NCBI RefSeq assembly: GCF_004010195.1
Contig: NC_057728.1
Span: 50,277,330-50,315,614 of the forward strand
DNA length: 38,285 nt
Source: Chiloscyllium plagiosum
Taxonomy: Eukaryota
Reading direction: 5' to 3'
The translations under genes and the position numbers were made by a program. Shown piece after piece: positions 33,010-38,285 of this stretch. The notes under the pieces were generated by a model. That model did no database searches and was not told the DNA's origin. It saw only the letters and a program-made list of their open reading frames with translations. Each line of letters starts with the position of its first letter. Within the stretch, counting starts at the first letter, position 1.

Positions 33010-35372
33010 AGAGTCATAGAGTCATAGAGATGTACAGCATGGAAACAGATCCTTCGGTCCAACCCGTCCATGCCAACCAGACATTTCAACCCAATCCAGT
33101 CCCACCAGCCAGCACCCGGCCCATATCCCTCCAAACCTTTCCTATTCATATACCCATCCAAATGCCTCTTAAATGTTGCAATTGTACCAGCCTCCACCAC
33201 TTCCTCTGGCAGCTCATTCCATACACGTACCACTCTCTGCGTGAAAATGATGCCCCTTAGGTCCCTTTTATATCTTTCCCCTCTCACCCTAAACCTATGC
33301 GCTCTAGTTGTGGATTGCCCCACCCCAGGGAAAAGACTTTGTCTATTTATCCTATCCATGCCCCTCATAATTTTGTAAACCTCCAAAGGTCACCCCTCAG
33401 ACTCTGATGCTCGAGGGAAAACAGCCCCAGCTTGTTCAGCCTCTCCCTGTAGCTCAGATCCTCCAACCCTGGCAGCATCCTTGTAAATCTATTCTGAACC
33501 CTTTCAAGTTTCACAGCATCTTTCCGATAGGAAGGAGACCAGAATTGCACACAATATTCCAACAGTGGCCTAACCAATGTCCTGTACGGCCGGAACATGA
33601 CCTCCCAACTCCTATACTCAATACTCTGACCAATAAAGGAAAGCATACCAAATGCCTTCTTCACTATCCTATCTACCTGCGACTCCACTTTCAAGGAGCT
33701 ATGAACCTGCACTCCCAAGTCTCTTTGTTCAGCAACACTCCCTAGGACGTTACCATTAAGTCTATAAGTCCTGCTAAGATTTGTTTTCCCAAAATGTAAC
33801 ACCTCGCATTTATCTGAATTAAACTCCATATGCCACTTCTCAGCCCATTGGCCCACCTGGCCCAGATCCTGTTGTAATCTGAGGTAACCCTCTTCGTTGT
33901 CCACTACACCTCCAATTTTGGTGTCATCTGCAAACTTACTAACTGTACCTATTATGCTCGCATCCAAATCATTTATGTAAATGACAAAAAGTAGAGGACC
34001 CAGCACTGATCCTTGTGGCACTCCACTGATCACAGGCCTCCAGTCTGAAAAACAACCCTCCACACCACCCACTGTCTTCTACCTTTGAGCCAGTTCTGTA
34101 TCCAAATGGCTAGTTCTCCCTGTATTCCATGAGATCTAACCTTGCTAATCAGTCACCCATGGGGAACCTGGTCCAACGCCTTACTGAAGTCCATAAAGAT
34201 CACATCCACTGCTCTGTCCTCATCAATCTGCATTGCTACTTCTTCAAAAACCTCAATCAAGTTTGTGAGACATGATTTCCCATGCACAAAGCCATGTTGA
34301 CTATCCCTAATCAGTCCTTGCCTTTCCAAATACATGTACATTCTGTCCCTCAGGATTACCCCCAACAACTGAGGTCAGGCTCACCAGTCTATAGTCCCCT
34401 GGCTTGTCTTTACCGCACTTCTTAAACAGTGGCACCACATTTGCCAACCTCCAGTATTCCGGCACCTCACCTGTGACTATCGATGATACAAATACCACAG
34501 CAAGAGGCCCAGCAATCACTTCTCTAGTTTCCCACAGAGTTCTANNNNNNNNNNNNNNNNNNNNNNNNNNNNNNNNNNNNNNNNNNNNNNNNNNNNNNNN
34601 NNNNNNNNNNNNNNNNNNNNNNNNNNNNNNNNNNNNNNNNNNNNNNNNNNNNNNNNNNNNNNNNNNNNNNNNNNNNNNNNNNNNNNNNNNNNNNNNNNNN
34701 NNNNNNNNNNNNNNNNNNNNNNNNNNNNNNNNNNNNNNNNNNNNNNNNNNNNNNNNNNNNNNNNNNNNNNNNNNNNNNNNNNNNNNNNNNNNNNNNNNNN
34801 NNNNNNNNNNNNNNNNNNNNNNNNNNNNNNNNNNNNNNNNNNNNNNNNNNNNNNNNNNNNNNNNNNNNNNNNNNNNNNNNNNNNNNNNNNNNNNNNNNNN
34901 NNNNNNNNNNNNNNNNNNNNNNNNNNNNNNNNNNNNNNNNNNNNNNNNNNNNNNNNNNNNNNNNNNNNNNNNNNNNNNNNNNNNNNNNNNNNTCAAAATT
35001 GGCCTTTCTCCAATTTAGAACTTCAACTTTTAGATCTGGGCTATCCTTTTCCATCACTATTTTAAAACTAATAGAATTATGGTCACTGGCCCCAAAGTGC
35101 TCCCCCACTGACACCTCAGTCACCTGCCCTGCCTTATTTCTCAAAAGTACGTCATGTTTTGCACCTTCTCTAATAGGTACATCCACATACTGAATCAGAA
35201 AATTGTGTTGTACACACTTAACAAACTCCTCTCCATCTAAACCCTTAACACTTTGGCAGTCCCAGTCTATGTATGGAAAGTTAAAATCCCCTACCGCAAC
35301 CTCCCTATTATTCTTACAGATAGCTGAGATCTCCTTACAAGTTTGTTTCTCAATTTCCCTCTGACTATTAGG
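33010..35372 (-). mobile_element. CR1 LINE ORF2 (EN-RT-3'UTR-tail), frameshifted
   Basis: 235-aa RT stretch 33365..34072 ([27 protein letters not shown]). EN motif HFGASDHNSISF. (gactctat)n tail. Confidence 0.95.
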
Positions 35373-35760
35373 ATCTTGTTTAAAAGTTTCTTACAAACTA
35401 GGAAGCAAGCAAAAAGTACCTTTCCCCTCTGCACCAAATCCCCACACTGCCTCCAAAGTCACCAAACTACACACTCACTTGGGCTGTATCTCACTCCAGG
35501 TGTGATACCTCCTTCCTGACAGTGCACTGCTTCATCATGATCAGTTGTGTTTACACAGCTGCTTTGTTCGAAAAGTGGGGAAAGGTATTTGTAAATGGGC
35601 TAGCACCAAGGGGAGTGTACAAGGTGAGATTCAGTTGGTAACAAGTCATGGATTGGTTTGTGTAGTTATCTCCAATTGTGGATGACAAGAGCCATCAACC
35701 TGACAGCAACTATCTGGTTGACTCCTGGGAAGCTGAACCACTTGTGGGTATGGATAATAC

Positions 35761-36080
35761 GGCCCAATAGCTCAGTGGTCAGCACTGCTGCCTCACAGTG
35801 CCATGGACCCGGTTCGATTCCAGCCTCAGGTGACTTTATGGAGATTGCACGTTCTCCACATGTCTGCATGGATTTCTTACTGGTGCTTTCGTTTCTCCAA
35901 CAATCCAAAGATGTGCAGGTTAGGTAAATTGGCCATAGTGTTCAGGAATGTGTAGGTTAGGTGCATTGTTCAGGGGTGATGATAGGGTAGGGGAATGGGA
36001 CTGGGTGGGTTACTCTTCTGAGGGTTGGTGTAATCTTGTTGGGCCGAAGGGCCTGTTTCGACACTGTAGGGATTCTATGA
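35761..36080 (+). mobile_element. HE1-type SINE within copy C
   Basis: Paralogue of 11843-12141 and 13407-13710. Confidence 0.85.
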
Positions 36081-36891
36081 TACTTGCAGATGCATATGGA
36101 CAGATGGTGTGGTTTTTATCTCCTGCAATGAAGTTCTTAACGTCTGACGAAAGCCAATTAATTTTCTCTCATCAGCTGATGCAAGCCGTGGTCTTTACTA
36201 ACCACCGGTGCCTTCTGTGAAGAAATGACAAGAACATGAAGAAGAGAGATTGAAGAACAGAACATCTTGAAGCAAAGGAATTATTTCAGCCAGCCCAGTA
36301 ACGGGCGCCATTGTCCAGTTTGTCCCCTCCACCCAAAACCCCAATGTTTTTTGCCTGACATGTATGTATAGGAGAGTTTCAACTGGTAAGGTTATATGTT
36401 GACATTTCAAAGTTGTTGACCTGTGATTAGAATCTATTTATTTGTCATAAACAAGTTTACTCCGGGTGCTCCGGTTTCCTCCCATAGTCCAAAAATGTCC
36501 AGGTGAGGTGGATTGGCCATGGGAAATGCGGGGTTACAGAAACAGGATAGGGGCTTGGGTCTGGGCAGCATGCTGTTCAGAGGGTCAGTGTGGAATCGAT
36601 GGGCCAAATGGCTTGCTTCCACACTGCAGGGATTCTTAAAAAAAATAGCGATTTTGGTTATGTACAGAAATTTGGTCCATGTTTAACCTTAACCTGAGTT
36701 ATCAGACAGGTAAACTAGGCCTGGTGAAGGGCTTATGCTTGAAATGTCAATTCTCCTGCTCTTTGGATGCTGCCTGATGTGCTGTGGCTTTGCCAGCACC
36801 GCACCCTTGACAGGTAAACTGGGCCATTTTGTGTATTTTGATGGAAAGATTTCATTTATTGATGATTGCAGGAATGGTAGGGATTCACTTC

Positions 36892-37360
36892 AGGTCACCC
36901 CTCAGCCTCCGACACTCAAGGGAAGGAGACCAGAATTGCATGCAATATTCCAACAGTGGCCTAACCAATGTCCTGTACACCTGCAACATGACGTGCCAAC
37001 TCCTGTACTCAATACTCTGACCAATAAAAGATAGCATACCAAACACCTTCTTCACTATCCTATCTACCTGCGAGTCCACTTTCAAGGAGCTGTGAACTTG
37101 CACTCGAAGGTCTCCATTCAGCAACACTCTCTCGGACCTTACCATTAAGTGTATAAGTCCTGCTAAGAATTGCTTTCACAAAATGCCGCATCTCACATTT
37201 ATCTGAATTAAACTCCATCTGCCAATTCTCTGCCCATTGGCCCATCTGGTCCAGATCCTGTTGTAATCTGAGAAAACCTTCTTCGCTGGCCACTACACCT
37301 CTAATTTTGGTGTCATCTGCAAACTTACTAACTATACCTCTTGTGCTTGCTTCCAAATCA
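36892..37360 (-). mobile_element. 5'-truncated CR1 RT fragment joined to copy C
   Basis: SKFADDTKIRGVV...RPLLEYCMQFWSPS, with an internal deletion before LECRRLRGDL. Confidence 0.9.
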
Positions 37361-38113
37361 TTTATCCCAGGTTGCTCCAGGGAGCGAGAAAGGAGGTTGC
37401 CAAGCCCCTGACGAAGATACTTGCTTCCTCACTCTCCATGGGAGTTGTACAGGAGGATTGGAGGGTGGTGAATGTTGTTCTTCTTTTCAAGAATGGGAAT
37501 AAGGAAATCCCTGGCAATTACAGGCCAGTCAGTCTTGCGTCTGTGATCAGCAAAGTTTTGGAAAGAATTCTGAGGGATAGGATTTATGACTATTTGACAA
37601 AGCATAGTGTGATTAAAGGCAGTCAGCATGGCTTTGTGAGGGGCAGGTCATGCCTCACAAACCTTATTGAGTTCTTTGAGGAGGTGTCAAGACAGGTCGA
37701 CGAAGTTCGAGCAGTGGATGTGGGGTGTATGTGGACTTCAGCAAGGTATTTGATAAAGTTCCCCATGATAGGCTCATTCATAAAATGAGGAAGTATGGGA
37801 TACAGGGAGGTTTGGCTATCTGGATTTAGAATTGGCTGGCTGACAGAAGGCAGAGAGTGGTTGTAGATGGACAGTGTTCTGCCTGGAGATCAGTATTGAG
37901 TGGGGTCCTGCAGGGCTCTGTTCTTGGGCCTCTGCTTTTTGTAGTTTTTATAAATGACTTGGATGAGGAGGTTGAGGGGTGAGTTAGTAAATTTGCCGAT
38001 GACAAAGGGATTGGAGGTGCCATTGATAGTATTGAGGGCTATTGCAGGCTGCAGCATGACATAGACAGGATGCAGAGCTGGGCTGAGAAATGGCAGATGG
38101 AGTTCAAACTGGA

Positions 38114-38285
38114 TCTTTGAGGAGCATAAGTTGGGAGCATAGGCTGTCGGGGAAGGATGTCATGGAAATGTGGAACTTTTTCAAGGAACAGATACGACGT
38201 GTCCTTGATATGTATGTACCGGTCAGGCAGGAAAGAAATGGTCGTGTGAGGGAACCTTGGTTGACGAGGGAGGTTGAATGTCTAG
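38114..38285 (+). mobile_element. Start of another 5'-truncated CR1 copy (EN-RT linker), running off the right edge
   Basis: Open frame LRSISWEHRLSGKDVMEMWNFFKEQIRRVLDMYVPVRQERNGRVREPWLTREVECL, CpG-rich. The sequence jumps back from the RT C-terminal region at 38113. Confidence 0.8.

Larger units (their letters stand above)
33010..36895 (-). repeat. Composite block copy C (inverted duplicate of 12594-16201)
   Basis: Same order of unique, PLE, SINE and CR1 segments. Near-identical ORF-track peptides (36198..36410 vs 13078..13290; 36434..36622 vs 12866..13054). Confidence 0.92.
32746..38113 (+). mobile_element. CR1 LINE split into 32746-33010 and 37360-38113 by a 4.35-kb minus-strand insertion
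   Basis: aagtccccagggcgagaccagattta|tcccaggttgctc rejoins the KSPGxDQIYPRLL motif across the insert. attta is present at both junctions. Confidence 0.88.

Noticed and set aside
10600..36895. Triplicated block as pure assembly artefact
   Set aside because: The copies differ by many substitutions and private indels and have distinct junctions, although long-read confirmation is still desirable.

Overview
Vertebrate non-coding DNA, almost certainly from a shark or other elasmobranch (inferred from the HE1-type V-SINE/CR1 repeat content; species not determinable here). It contains four assembly gaps (9080-9200, 14276-14479, 25118-25986, 34545-34992). Most of the window is decayed CR1-clade LINE fragments and tRNA-derived SINEs, and nearly all listed ORFs are CR1 ORF2 pieces or spurious. 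Other elements are the 5' end of an L1 (YY1-type motif plus ORF1 start) running off the left edge, a Rex1/Babar 3' end, a Ty3/Gypsy gag-protease remnant and a ~27-bp minisatellite. Three things stand out. (1) Many Penelope-like (PLE) derivatives carry minimal hammerhead ribozymes. Four have fully intact cores and cluster at 24.9-26.7 kb in fold-back (inverted-repeat) insertions, several with clear target-site duplications. (2) There are at least four local templated duplications, including a 1.7-3.9 kb SINE/PLE/CR1 composite block present three times with mosaic ancestry. (3) Two or three candidate minus-strand micro-exons join in one open frame, suggesting the window lies within long introns of an unidentified host gene.
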